64,000 bases of DNA, taken from Diplonema japonicum (taxonomy: Eukaryota > Protista > Euglenozoa: Diplonemea). Numbering within the stretch: the stretch's first letter is position 1; every line of letters starts with the position of its first letter. The notes under the pieces are model-generated. The model made no database searches and was not told the origin of the DNA. It was given only the letters and a program-made list of their open reading frames with translations. Where the stretch lies: NCBI GenBank assembly GCA_964019335.1, contig OZ025709.1:1-64000 (forward strand), given 5' to 3'. Below are positions 22,146-35,328 of this stretch, piece by piece. The position numbers were made by a program, and so were the translations under genes.

Positions 22146-23868
22146 TCAAACGTCCAAGCTGCTATCCGAGTCGTTGCTGTCGCTTGCGTGGCTGGCCATG
22201 GCCTTGGGGGGTGAGGGGTCTGTATGCGAGGGGATGGTGTTTTCGCTGTCGGAGGGAAGCTTTCTGGCCCAGCCACCGCCGAGAAGCCTGTGCCAGTCAC
22301 CCTTCCTCTCTACGAAGTGCAGGTCCTTGGTGGTTGTCGTGTTTGATATCGGGTACAAGACAGGAGAGCCCAGTACGGGTCGGAGCCTCACTGAAGGTGA
22401 CGCAAGGCAGCCGAGCGATAGCACCTGAGGGGGTGCACTCTGGATGCGGCACACGACAGAAGTCGGCCACGTCCATGTGGCACCCGACTCATGGACGAGC
22501 TGCACTCTATTGAAGGCAGGTGGGAACGTCTTCTTCACTCTTGCTTGTTGCCCTATGTACGCAGCCATGTTTACGTCCCACCCTAGACCCTTGTCCTCCT
22601 CACAGCACCTCTTCACCTCATCTTCGCCACACGACACAACAACGTCGTCACCCATGCACACCCTAGTGCGCCCCGTCATGTCCTGCACTTCCTTCTTCGT
22701 CAGCTTCAGAATCTTCAAGACATCAGCTAAGAACTTTTTAAGGTACTTGCCTGTCCTGATCTGCTCGGAGCAGGTGTCCACACCGATCCCCGGCCCAGGT
22801 GTGACGCCGTAAGACGCAAGCCTCTTGAGCACGGGTATAGATATAGGGTCCGTTGGACTCTTGCATCTGTGAAGGGTTGGGTCACCAGTCAACATACCTC
22901 AACAGGAATTCACGAAGAACCGAACTGCACATCTCGGGCGACAGCACCACGTAGCCATGCAGTTCTGTGAGTCCGATGGAACCATCCAGCTCTGTGAGTC
23001 CAGCAGAGCCCTTCAGCTTATGCGAACGCTGCTTAAAGGCGTCCGCCCTGCTCTGGTGGGCTGCCTTGAGGTCCTCCGCCAACAAGAAGATCCCCACGAA
23101 ATCTGCTGCCGCCTGTGCGTCCAGCGAGTGGCTCCTCCCCTTGACGTCTATCCCGTCGCAAAGCTTAAGCGTGTCGAACAGCAGGTTCACGAAGGCTGTC
23201 TTGTTGGCGTCTTGAGCCAGCTGTTCGGATATATCCTGCAGGGAGGGCTCGCCGCCGATAGGGATCTTGTACGCCCTGAAGAGCGTGACAGTGGAGGGGC
23301 TGAGGGTGGTGATGCAGGGGTTGTAGGAGGGTGCGAGGAGGGTAAGTAGACGTTGGATGAACTTTTGTATTCCATTGGGAATGTTCTTGAGAGCTGTACA
23401 TAGTGCAGCGGGAGTGAGGGAAGAGGCCTTACCGAGGGAGAGGAGCATGGCGTGCGTGTCCTGCGGGGCCCCGGTAAGGGCGGACGCGGGGGTGAGCCTT
23501 TTTCTGATTTTCCAGTCGATATCTGGACTGCTTATAGTGGTGACTGTTGATGAGCTCATTGTGCTGACACTACTCGAGAGGGAGAGTGGGCTGCCCCCTG
23601 CTTCAAGGTCGCCCTGTACATTGCAGCTAGGTAAGTCCAATGTGAGGCCCTTACCCTTACCACGTAAACGTAGAAGCTCCTTCCACATAACTCTGCGATG
23701 CATGTACCTTTCTATCCCTAGTTCTGCTTGTAAATCCTCCTTGGTAAGAACCTCTAATGCACTCCCATTGACACCTTGTGCTTGGAAAAGGGGGGAAAGA
23801 TCTTCAAGCCCGATCACCCCTAGCCACGTACAGGCTTCCTCAACACTCCACTCTTGGTAACTTGACAT
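22146..23868 (-). CDS. SAM-domain protein with a C-terminal Mind-bomb-repeat (SH3-like) domain, 2 exons
   Basis: WSVEEACTWL..GVNGSAL..DLQAELGI (SAM); GDDVVV..EVKR..GW..MAAYIG..WTWP (Mib repeat); intron 22867-22897. Confidence 0.78.
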
Positions 23869-24177
23869 GTACCTATGAAAAGAGGGGGGGGAGGAAACGT
23901 AAAAAAGATATTTAAAAAAAAAAGAAACCTTTTAATAAAAAACAGTGGGGGAAGGGGGAGTTTTCCTTTTTTTCATTTTCTTATTTCCGCCCCCCCCCCC
24001 CCCACCCCCCTTTTTGTTGTACATTTGGGTTTTTTTTTTTCTCTTTTCTTTTTCTTCTTTTACTTTTATATTTACCTCCCCCCACCCTCCATTCCAGGTT
24101 GGCGCAAGAAAACGCAGAAGCCTTCATGTCAAGATGCCTAAAAGAGAAAGAGGAAATGGCCGTTGTTTGTACGTGCC

Positions 24178-24244
24178 GGGTCGACCCGAAACACGTTGCC
24201 AACGTTCCCCTTTTGTTTAGACAAGTCAAAGACTCGTTCTTGCT
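24178..24244 (+). repeat. Dispersed ~65-bp repeat, copy 1
   Basis: Matches the reverse complement of 28326-28390 with about 2 mismatches, and 37585-37622 in part. Confidence 0.85.
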
Positions 24245-24334
24245 TGGTAGAGCATTCCAATTTGGGGGGAAAGAAAAAAAAACTCATAGTAAAAGACAAT
24301 CCCACTCGAGGACAGCCTCTTGTGGTGTGAGTTC

Positions 24335-24640
24335 CTATCTATTAATGCTCCCCTTCTGGAGCATAGCCTTCGTTCCTATTGTCGCCTTTAAAGCTTTTCG
24401 TAGTCTCGACACGCGTTCTTTCTTGTATGTCCCTTTCAACTCCTGTAGCTTTTGCGCTGTCTGTCTTGATGCGAAGATCGGTCTCCTGTTAAAGCCTATT
24501 GCAGCCTTGCCTCCGATCGCTGTGAGCGACTTGACCCTCTTTGCCCCGTCCGCAGGGAAGGGGCGTCTTATCCGTCTCGTTCTGCACACTGCGTTGGCTC
24601 TCTCCACCAACAGCTTGATTCTGCGTGCCTTCCTCTGCAT
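24335..24640 (-). CDS. Small Arg/Lys-rich hypothetical protein
   Basis: ~101-aa ORF in a coding-like island on the cluster strand; no family recognised. Confidence 0.55.
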   Translation of the reverse strand: MQRKARRIKLLVERANAVCRTRRIRRPFPADGAKRVKSLTAIGGKAAIGFNRRPIFASRQTAQKLQELKGTYKKERVSRLRKALKATIGTKAMLQKGSINR

Positions 24641-25283
24641 GTTGTAGACTCCCAGTGACTTACCGGTTGTCTCCTCCAAAAAAAGAAGAAGAAAAACATG
24701 CGGCACCCCTCGCTTTTCTCTCGCCCCTTTGTAATATTGTACTAGTTAGACAAAGAAAGAAAGAAAGAAAGAAACACGCACACTTCCACAAAAAAGACCT
24801 TGGTCCAATGGATAAAAACAACTTTTTGTTTCCGACAGATAAGCAGTTCCTCGAGTCATGGAATAACACAAATTTTAAAAACTTTGCCGTTTTATTTTTT
24901 AAAGTTCTTTTTTTTATAGTTTTTCGCTCGAGCAAAAAAAGAGGAACAAAAATTAAGTGCAAAAAAGATTTTTTAAATAAAAGGGGGGGGGGGAGAAAAG
25001 AAAAACTCGATAAAATTGAAGTGTGCAGAGGGTTGCTCACCGTTTTCCTATAAAGAAAAAAAAAGTTTTTTTTTTTTGAAAAGTCGAATTTTAGTCAGAA
25101 AAGAAGAAAAAAAATAAAAAAAATAAAAATAAAAAGAAATTCCCCATGGGGTGTCAAGGTGCTTTTTCGGTAACCTATGTTCATTTCCCCTTTCTGAAAG
25201 AATCCCTAAAGATCAAAGGCTTCTAACACTGCGGAGCGAAAAAATCCACCCCTCTCTCTCCCCCCTTCTCCCCGCGCTGTTTT

Positions 25284-25895
25284 TCATTCGGATTTATCGC
25301 TCTTTCTACTGAGATCTAGCTCGTTCTCAGCATTCAGCAAATGTCTCGAGTTGAAACGGAGCCAAGTCTGTGTGAAGCCCAGCGCGTCCTCGGGCTTGTC
25401 CTGCAGCAAGGCAGACATCAGTTCGTCAATGAGGAAGTGCAGCTTTGTTTCAACTATGTAATCATTGCACTGTAATTTTTTTCTTTTTGTCCCCCCCCCC
25501 CGTACCTCACTCCCTTCCACATGTTTCAGCAGGTCTCTTGGGTCAGTTGTAGATGCGAGCATTTCTGCTTTATCCAACGTTTCCTGCTTTGTGAGATCTG
25601 CCCAGAAGTACTCGTCGGGCTTTGCTGGTTTCTGTCAGGGTGATGTGGAACTTCTTGTGCATACATTTTTTAAAATATCCTGCAGGACCACCTCAAACAC
25701 AGGCGTCACCCCGGAAGCGGCAAGCCAGTCCCGGTCCTCTTTCTCCTTCTCTTGTGGCGACTTGGTTTTGATGTCCATATGTGCCGAATTCTCCCTCGCA
25801 GGGGGCCTGTGGTGCTCCTCCTCTTCAGGCGGAGCGATTTTGTTATTGTTCGGGGTGAGCACCATAAGCTCAGGAACTTCTGCATTCCCGGACAT
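25284..25895 (-). CDS. Protein with two RIIa/Dpy-30-like dimerisation/docking motifs, 3 exons
   Basis: DWLAASGVTPVFEVVLQDILKNKPAKPDEYF and DYIVETKLHFLIDELMSALLQDKPEDALGF; introns 25632-25664 and 25470-25505. Confidence 0.75.
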
Positions 25896-28325
25896 CTGGG
25901 GGGTTTTTTTTTTTTGTGTGTAGCCTAGTGGGAAACATGGTGGGGAAGAAAAAAAAAGAGAAAAAAAAAAATGGGGGAAACAAAAAAATATTATTTTTTT
26001 TAAGGTGTAAATGTGTTCTTCTTTTTTTTTTTTTTTTGCCCATCTTCCCTTTCTTTTACTTCTTCTTCACGGGCATCTTCCCGCACCCAGTCTCCCACCA
26101 CGACGCATGGATGTTTTCAAGAATATTCTGAGAGGAGGGGGATTTCTTTTTTTTTTTTTAATACCTGTTTTGCATAATGTGGCAACCTCGGCCCGATTCC
26201 AGTTGCAAGTTTGTCCATTTCCTTCAGTTTCGCGCAGTCCTTCGCGTTGCTTGGTGCCATTCTCTCCTTTTTTTTTTTTTATTCTCCGTTCCCTGTGGGT
26301 GGCTCCCGTTGTTCTGTGCAAAATCATCATAATAGCGGGTGTGGGGTGGGAGGGGGAGGGGAGAGAGGGAGTTTGCTGCTAAAACTACTTCAAACTAGTG
26401 CTGTATGCTTGTGATCCCAACACTATAGGGAGGGGGAGATAAAAAAAAAAGGAGGGGAGAGGGAGAAAATAATAGAAAGGACGCGTAACAATAAGAAACT
26501 GATTTTTAGGGGGTGGGGGGTGTGGACCCTTTTTCCCCCCTTTTGCCCTCCTGCGAATGGAGGGTGCACGCATTCGAGGCCAATAAGGTTTCAGCAAAGC
26601 CAAGGGATCAAGCACAATGACCCACCTGGGGTACCAGGAAGACTGCCCCTGGTTACGGGTCATTATGGCCAGTAGCTGTTCTGTTATTTACCCTAAAAAA
26701 AAAAACAAAAAAAAAAAAAAGACGAAACAGACCCCCCTGGGCAGTAGACAAAGAAGAATAGTGGGTTCCGCCATTTGAATGGATCATTCGCCGTGCCTCT
26801 GGGGTGGTGGTAGAAGCAAAAAACTACCTCCAAGCTTGCTATGAATAGACACAAAAGTATAAGAGGCAAAGCCTTTGTGAGACTTTATAAATAATGTCAT
26901 TTCTGTTAACAAGTGCTCTGGGAAACTATGTTGGCTTAAGACACGCATCGCATAAGCCCCAACTTTTTTTTTTCCTTAAGTTTTTTCATGTTTCCTTCGT
27001 TTTTATTTTAGTCATTCTTTTTTTTTTTTTTTTTTGGATTCTTTTTTTTTTTTTTTCCTCTTCTTTTTTTTTGAAACACACTATCACACTTTTCTTTCTT
27101 TTTCCCCCCCTTCTCTCCTCACCTCTGCTTTTTCTTTTTTTTTTTTTTTTTTTTTGATAGTTTTGGTCAAGTATCTTTTTCCTTTTTTCTTCTTTTTTTT
27201 CCCCCCATAGTACCCAAGGTTAACCGATCACCCACGGGTTTTTAATTTCAATTGAAAGGCGGGTATTCTATTCGTCTCCCGGGCTTCCCAGATACACAAA
27301 CCCGACCAGGGAGCATCAAAATGACTTTGAAAAGGGTTATTTTCCAGAAAAGCTGTTTTTTTCGTTTTTTTTTTGGCGGGTTTTTTAAAAAAAAAAAAAA
27401 ATCAAAAATCAATAATTAAAACGGGAGGAGAGCATGCAACCATCCATCATTAACCCGACTATGATCGAAAAATCTAAAATTGCTCGGGTCGGGTTCAAAG
27501 GTGATCGGATGTTTTTTTTTCCTTGTTTATTTATTTATGCGCAAAATGGGTTTGCCAGATTTTTGAACTTTTTACCCGAAATTTAGTAAATTCGCCTTCC
27601 CTTCTTTTTTTCTTTTTTCTTTTTTCTTTTTTCTTTTTTTTTTTTCTTTCTTTTTTCAGTTTCAGCATCATTGGTTCTGGGGAAGGGGTAAAAAGAAAAT
27701 CCAGAAGAGTCGTAGTTTTAAGAAACAAAAGGTTGATGTTGATTGAGATAAGAAAAAACGAAGAGGAAACCAAGGGGAAGAAAAAGAAAAAATAAATAAA
27801 ATATATGAGTTAAAAGGAGGCCGGTGTTGGCGGCGCCCTGCACAAGAACTGTATACTTGATTGGGCGCACCGCGGCCGAGTTGTAGCTTCTTCTGCGTTC
27901 CGCGTCGTGTCCTTAATGCGTGCGGTGTACAGCTCAACCCCAGCCGGGGTGTCCCGGCAAACCCGCTCGTGCAGTTTGCTGCCTGTTCGTCACCCTGAAA
28001 ATAAAAAATAAAAGAAACCACACCAAAAGTAAGGGGCATAGTCAGGTACTAATCACCATGGATTTTTGAAAACCTGACTCAAGGAGCAATTTTTAGGGCT
28101 TTTCCAACCAAGCAGTGGACCAATTTCCCACTTTGTTGTCATAAAAAACCCCCGATGGCGACCTGCTAGACCTGAATACGGACCGAAGGGGAGAGAAAAA
28201 AGAGAGGGAAGACAAACGAAAGAAAAAAAAAGAAAAAAAAAACATCGCTGTAAAAAAAACCAGCTGACAAAACTTTTTTTTTGGGGGGGGGAAAACAATA
28301 ATGTTCCTATTTCATCAGGGCCCCG

Positions 28326-28390
28326 AGCAAGAAGGAGTCTTTGACTTGTCTAAACAAAAGGGGAACGTTGGCAACGTGTTTCGGGTTGAC
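28326..28390 (-). repeat. Dispersed ~65-bp repeat, copy 2 (inverted)
   Basis: AGCAAGAAGGAGTCTTTGACTTGTCTAAACAAAAGGGGAACGTTGGCAACGTGTTTCGGGTTGAC is the reverse complement of copy 1. Confidence 0.85.
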
Positions 28391-28688
28391 AAACTTCCTC
28401 TAGGTTTTACCCGGCACTTTCGAGCACACTGTGATTTTTTTTTTCCCCCGTTTTATCACGTAACTGATGAAAGTCCTCTGTGCTTGTCACCAAGACGTTC
28501 AGGTTCTCAGGTTTAATTGGTGTCCGTACCTCGTATGTCATATCCCTTTGAAAAATTCCTGAACTCGAAAAAATTCACCCATAAATTGAGGCCTACCGCA
28601 AGTACAAAAAAAATTCGCCGGTCTACGAAAAAAAAAAAAAAAAATTGTTTTCTTACCGGGGGCCGTGTTTTCACTCTATTTTTTCCCG

Positions 28689-28727
<39 letters not shown>

Positions 28728-31139
28728 TTCAAAGAATAGGCAAGTTATTTCTTTGTGCACAACGGCTACAAATGATTAACAAAAGTGGATCCGTTCATCA
28801 TTATAAAAGAAAAAAAAATCTGGTCAGCACAACTAACCTTGCTGTTTTCGACGGTAGGCTCACCTCGAAAGTCAGGAAACTCTTTTTTTTTTCCCTTACT
28901 TTTTTGTCCTCTTTTTCTCTTTGCTTTTTCTTTTTTTTTTTCTGGACAAAAGATTATTATTAAGCAAATTAAACACGAAAAAAGAGAAAACAAACCTGCT
29001 ATTCTGGAGGAAGGGTAAGGATGGAAAAAAAAAAGTACAAGAAATATAAAAAAAAAAAAAAAATTACTATTGTTTGCCGTGTTTTGCTATGTACATAGCT
29101 TGGAATGCAATTAGCGAGATGAGGTGTTTTTTTCCACCTGAAGCAAACTGGGCAGGCTCGCCTCTGCTCCATAAGCTTTAAAAAAAAAAAAAAAAAGCGA
29201 CGTTTAAGGGCAAAATCCACCTTGAGGACCACCCTTAAAATGAAAGAGGATCAGGGCGCATCATTCCATACCTCTTCTCTCACACGGGGGAAGGGGGGGG
29301 GGGGGGACTGAGCTAAAAGGAGAGGTAGATTCTTTTTTTCTTTTTCTTTTTTCTTTTTCTTTTTCATAAAAAATTATTTTTGTTTTTAACATGAGTGGAA
29401 CACCTTTTCCAGAACTGTCTGTGACAGGGTGACGGGTGCACAAGAATAAGGCAAACCTTGACCGGCTGTCATCAGCTGCACAAACAGACCTCTAAAAACA
29501 TGGGGTAACATGGATCACGAGGGGCCCGAACCCAAAAATTCAAATAGAGATAAATCTTTTTCAGCTTTTTCTAATGAAAGCGACATGCGGTGTGCATCTC
29601 GACGAAGAGAGGTCAACAGCGAACAAACACATTTGATGTACTTCTTTACAACTCCATGTTACCCCCCCTCCCCCCACCTGAAAATACTGATCATCTCGTA
29701 TCTGCAGCTTTCCCCCCTCCTAATCTTTTTTTTTTTTGTTTTTTTTTTTGTTTTTTACAGTAGTCAGGGCTGACCTCCCACCCAGCTTCCTATCAACTTG
29801 AGTTGGTACTCATTTACCCGCTACACTTTCTTTCTAACTCATTGACTAACAAAAAAAAAAAAAAAAAGTCGGTTGATTTGTGATTGTGTGCACAGCCGCT
29901 ACAATAAAAAAAAAGAATTCTAAATTTGCTTTTTTGTTCCCGTCTCTCTCCCAAGTGGTTAGTACTTTTTGCTAACCACTCACGGCCCACTCAGACACGG
30001 GGAAAAGAAGAAGAAGAAAAAGGGTTGTGATATAGCCTTGCTAAACATCGAGACTGCTGTCCTTTTGATTTGTTAGGTGAAGGGGGGGGGTGGGATATCT
30101 TTTTTTTTTTATCTCGCTCTATTCTGAAATTACTTCACCGGCTGCATTGTACCCTTGTCACCCCCCCCCCCCCCCCCCCCCAGCACCTCGTGGTAAAATA
30201 ATTTCAGAACCAGTAAAGTTATTACGGCAGTAAATAGCTATTACCCCCCCCCCCCCCCCCGACCCGGAATTGTGACCTTCTTCAAAAAGTGAGTTTAAAA
30301 ATATATGTATATAACTCCGAGAGATAAAAAAAAGACACAGTAAAACTCATGAATGAAAGAAAAAAAATGAAAGGAGAGAGCGAACAGAGGAAAAAAAATA
30401 TAAAGATTTGAGTTAAAAGTTATTGTGAGACACCTCTCCCCGATCCTTTATGCAACGGCTACCTTCGTGATGCTGGGCCTTCACCTCTAATATCCATAAC
30501 AAAAAAGACTGTCCTTCCTCTGACTAACACCCCCCTTTAAAAAAACTTTTGACACACACCTAAAGGTAAGCTCATTGTTCAGATTTCTTTCCCTCGAGAC
30601 ATGTATTTCGTGCCCTTAAGTTCATATTTGGAAAAAAATCTTTTTTTTTTTTTTTTTTTTTTTTTATTTGTGCGAATATCGGCTATTTCTTTCGTGTTGT
30701 TTCAGAAAAAGAAAAAAAAAAATGCAAAAACAGGAATCCGAACATCAGATTTTCTTTTTCTTCCCTGGGAGGGGTATTTATAAACGAGCCCATTATGTTC
30801 CTCTTCCTTCCCTCTATTCCAGCTGAACGACTGACTTGTCTGTTCGATTGCAAAAAAAAAGAAAAAAAAATTATTTTTAATAAAATCTGATGGGTTTGTT
30901 TCATTCAATGAAAGCCGGGACTAAATTTTCGATGATCCCCCTGCACTTGCGCAATATCAAGTGAACAATGAGTCCCGCCCCACCCATTGGAAAAAACCCA
31001 GCTCGAATTAAATTGTAAAGATTTGAAAAAAAAAGACGAGGCATTTGTCTACCTTAAGAGAGTCAAGTCATAAATACTCCAGGGGAAAAGAGACCACTGC
31101 TGGTGCCTCCTTCCCTCACATTTTTTCTTCTTCTTTTTT

Positions 31140-32234
31140 TTTTAATTCACTCTTCGTCATTTTCTTCGCTCACTATGCCTCATAATTTAACGCAAAAACG
31201 CCCATAATTTTACTAGTTAAAATATGAGATTTTGGAGTTAAATTATGGGGTTGCGAGTGAAAAAAAATGGGTTTTGTCGTGGAAAGAAATGTACCAGGGG
31301 GCTATTTTGACTATTTTTGCCATCTGAGGCTCAAATAAGTGCCTTACTTCCCCTTTAAATGCCACGGCGAAATAGCTATTACCTTAGGGAAATCCCCAAA
31401 AAAGCTGACCCGTGTGAGAAAAACAGCAGTGAAAGCAGTGAAAAAGACGAAGAGTGAAATAAAATGACTTACCAGCCGCCAAATGAGCCATTATTTAACA
31501 CACCTGCGGCCCTCGTGCAAAGAATTCGGGGGGCTCGAGTTAAATAATGACTCATCAATGTAATCAATAAAATAGCTATTTTTTTTTTTTTTTTATATAC
31601 CGGATTTGTACTTATATTGTTATGTGAAAAGTCCCAAATTGGGCAAAAAATTCGAAAAAGGTACATAATATGGGGCCACTTGGCTTGGTGCCGCTGCTTG
31701 GCTTGGGGCTGAAGCTTCTTGGGTCAGGCGCGGCAACAGGACTAACGGGAACAGAAGCACCAGGCGTGGCAACAGGACTAACGGGAACAGAAGCACCAGG
31801 CGCGGCAACAGGACTAACGGGAACAGAAGCCGGACCAACAGCAGTAAGAAGGGCTTCTCTTCTGTGTCTTTTCCGCTCTTTCTTTATCTGGGCCTTCAGG
31901 GCGTCCGCGTACCTTGTTTTGAAATGGAAACCAAAAAGTAGATCTTGTACACCACAAACGTGGCTTTGATTTTAGATCAGGCCAAAAATAATAAAAATAG
32001 TTTTTTGTATTGTTCTGTAAAAAGTCCCAAGTTGGGTCCAAAATCCGAAAAAGGTACATAATTTATACAGTACACTAAATCCCCAGACCATTATTAAAAC
32101 TGAACAATATAAATACAAATCCGGTATTCTTATCCTTTTCGTTCTTTTTTTTTTTCACCTTCCCAGTAGTGTCCTCGTATGGAAAAAAAAAAAACACCCC
32201 GGCCCAGTGTTGCATGCATGACAACGTGAGAAGG

Positions 32235-32268
<34 letters not shown>

Positions 32269-34330
32269 ACAGGGGGCACTAAGGAGGATTGGTTCGGCAG
32301 AGAATCCTAGATAATGCAAATCATGCGAAGCCCCTGGTTCTCTGGAAAATAAATAAAAATAAAGAGAGCCTGACCTAGCAGAAAAGAGCACCGGCTAAGC
32401 AAAAAAGGGAGAAAAAAGAAAAATAGAAGAATAACAAAAAAAACCAAAAAAAACAAATAGAAGGTGGTCAGACAGATAAGTAGGTGTGCATCCCTTTGGG
32501 GGAAAATATAAAAAAAAAGAGAGAAGAAAAAAGAAAAAAAAATAAATTAGAAGTTCTGATCTCCAGAAACTTTTGAAAATATTACAAAAAAAAAAAAAAA
32601 AGAATACCTCCAAAAGTAGGGAGGGGGAGAGGGAATAAAAAAACTTTTTTATATGAGTTAAAGGAAGTCTTTGTGAGATGCCCCCCTTGTTCTCATCCTC
32701 AACCTGCACCTATCGCCTTTCAGCAGCGGTTTCTCCTCCATTGGTGGTCTTTAAAAAAAAAAAAAAAACGATGAATTGGCTGAAATATCAAATTATGGAA
32801 AGCGACAAACCGATAGGGGGGGGTGTTGAAGTACTTGGGTAGGGGTTTAAACAATTACAGAAATTCTTCAAAAAAAAAAAATCGCTCCCACAGCCAAACC
32901 CACGTCTCTAAAACCCGGCAAAGAGAACTTCGAAAAAATCTTCCAAAAAAGGGGGGAAAAAAAATTACTTTCTCAAGAATTTCTTTTTTCGGAAAACGTG
33001 GAAAAGATTTCTAAGGTAGTTCCATTCAGTGCGGAACAACTTCACTGCAGCCCTGGGGAGTTGACGGGATTTTAGAGACACGGGCGAAGAGTTTTATGAG
33101 GCATCAAAAGGATACAAAGATTTGTATGCGCGCAGTGCCAATTACACTATGAAAAACGGTAAGAGAAATTCTTTCTTTTTTTCTTGTTTATAAATGTCGC
33201 CTTTTTCCGCCCTTCAGCCGATATGACAATAAAAAAAAATGACTACTATCAGATTTACAAAAGAAATTTAAAAAAAAAAAATAAAAAAACAAGAGAGAGA
33301 AAAAGAAAAAAGAAAAAACATTCCGAGTAAAAATCTGGCTGATTCTTATTTAGTATGATGTTTTATTTGATTTTGTAAAGTTAAATGAGGGAAATTCGGG
33401 CACTAAAAAAACTGAAGAAACTCAAAAATAATTTTGCTGAGTTATGTTTTCAAAAAGAAAAATACCGAAAATTGCTCTCAAATCGACTTTGCATTTACGG
33501 CACTCTTTAAAGCCAAATTTAGATTTTTCTGATTTTTATAGTTTCTTCAGAATTTCCCTCAGGTAACCTTGGAATTAAATCTAAAAAAAAAAAAAAAGAG
33601 ACATTTAGTTTTCTTTTTTTTTTTTCTTTTTTTTTTTCTCCCTTTTTTTTTTTTAAAATTATTATTTACACCCCTTTTCGCCACTTTTTTTTTCTTCTTC
33701 TTTTATTCTGGCTCCGGGGCTGGTTGAAATTTTACGTAGGATATATATATTCTCAGTCTCTGCTGCTTTGCGACATACTTGGAAAGTCTTTTTCGAACAT
33801 TGAAAAAAAAGAAAAAGAAAAAGAAAAAAACTTTCAGACTTTAAATTCAGATTTAAAAAAAAAAAAGAGGAAGGAAAAAGAAGAAGAAAAAAAGAGGAAA
33901 AAAAAAAATATTCTGGTAAATATGCGTTTTTACTCTCACCTCCCCTTTCTGGGGGCTTAGCCGGTGCCGGCTGCGGTGGTCAGACTAGGGGCAGTCTCGT
34001 CTGGGTCATCAACGGGGGACTCCCGCAGAGCTTCGATGCAAAGCACGGTCCGGCAAGAGAAGGAAAAAAAAAAACGTAAAGCATGGCGGCTATATTCTTA
34101 ATAAAATGGATCGATTTATTGCCAAATTATGAGTCTTTATCTCCCTCGGGTTCCTGGATTCTTTTGCACGAGGGCCCGCAAAAAAAAAAACGGTAACGAG
34201 TGTTAAATAATAGCTCATCTGGTGAAAGTCGTTTTATTTCAATCTTCGTCATTTGAGTCACTCACTCTTCACTGCTGTTTTCCTATTTTTGAGGGACCTA
34301 GTGAGTGAAGAAAAATGACAAAGAGTTGAA
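31140..34330. repeat. Long diverged inverted repeat pair (arms ~31140-31545 and ~34140-34330)
   Basis: Several collinear inverted blocks, e.g. ATTATTTAACAC / GTGTTAAATAAT, GGCCCTCGTGCAAA / TTTGCACGAGGGCC, AAAACAGCAGTGAA / TTCACTGCTGTTTT. Confidence 0.7.
31600..32124. mobile_element. TA-flanked Tc1/mariner-type MITE containing a 36-bp x3 GC-rich repeat
   Basis: 22-bp TIR CCGGATTTGTA(C/T)TTATATTGTT at 31600-31621 and 32103-32124, TA on both sides; tandem repeat at ~31725-31830. Confidence 0.78.
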
Positions 34331-34648
34331 AATAAAAAACAAAAACAAATGTGGGAAAAAAAAAAAAAAAAAAAAAATGCTCAGTATTCTTAAGAAAAAA
34401 ACTCAGCTAAGAGAGAAAAAAAAAGAAATATAGGGGGTGGGGATAAAAAAAAAAGGGAAATAAAACCACTGTAAAATATATCTTGTTTTTTTGTTGTCCC
34501 GGGGGGGGGGGGGGGGGGGGGGGATACAACGGCCGAGCTTTCGCTTCTTCTGCGTTCTGCGCTGTGTCCTTAATGCGGTGTGCAGATTCTTCTGCGCTCG
34601 TGTACCCTTTTTTTTTTAAATCCAAGATAATTTTAACAGTGTACCATA

Positions 34649-34686
<38 letters not shown>

Positions 34687-35328
34687 ATGTGGTTGGTTCA
34701 GCTATATCTTTTGTCGCAAATAAATATTGTGCGCACTACAGAAATCCAAACAAATATAAAAAGATTTCTAACGAACGCGGTAACATTGAGGATCCTTCTT
34801 AGAATTTTTTCTCTTCACTTACTGGATGGCGTCGTGCACCTGTCTTCAGGCTACTTAAGAAAATACTATAGCGCTGGCCACATGATGATTTAATATTGTT
34901 CTTTTTTTTTTTTTTTTTTATAATTTAACTTCCGCATTATTTTTCTCTTCAATTATGGTTCCAGTTGGTTGAAAGCGGTGTTTACATTTTATTTTATTTT
35001 ACAGCAAAACCCTGACAACGGTTGCAACACCGCAAGTTCCCCTCCCTGTTCTTTGCTAAGAGACGAGCAAGGTCTGCTTATGTTGGTGCCTCGACTTAAG
35101 AAAAAAAAAAAGAATTCAAAACGGAAAGCACCCCCTCTCGTTCTTAAAAGGGGGTCTGGCATCAGTGATGGTTCGTTCTTTACTTTTTTTTTTTTTTTTT
35201 TTTTTCCCCTCTCCCCCAAAAAGCTAACCCCCAAGCGCTCTCTAACAAAGCATTAGCCCAAGAAAACGACAAAAAAAAAAAAAAGGAGGGGGCGGGGGGG
35301 AAGTGCTTATATAGTTTTCTCTCTTTTT

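Noticed and set aside
24335-24640. Ribosomal protein identity for the basic ORF
   Set aside because: No family motif recognised; left as hypothetical.
27224-27508. Possible small piggyBac MITE (TTAA-CCGATCACC...GGTGATCGG)
   Set aside because: Only a 9-bp inverted match and no right-hand TTAA; insufficient support.
33380-33565. Degenerate hairpin (TGAGGGAAATTC...GAATTTCCCTCA)
   Set aside because: Probably a decayed MITE, but ends and TSD cannot be defined.
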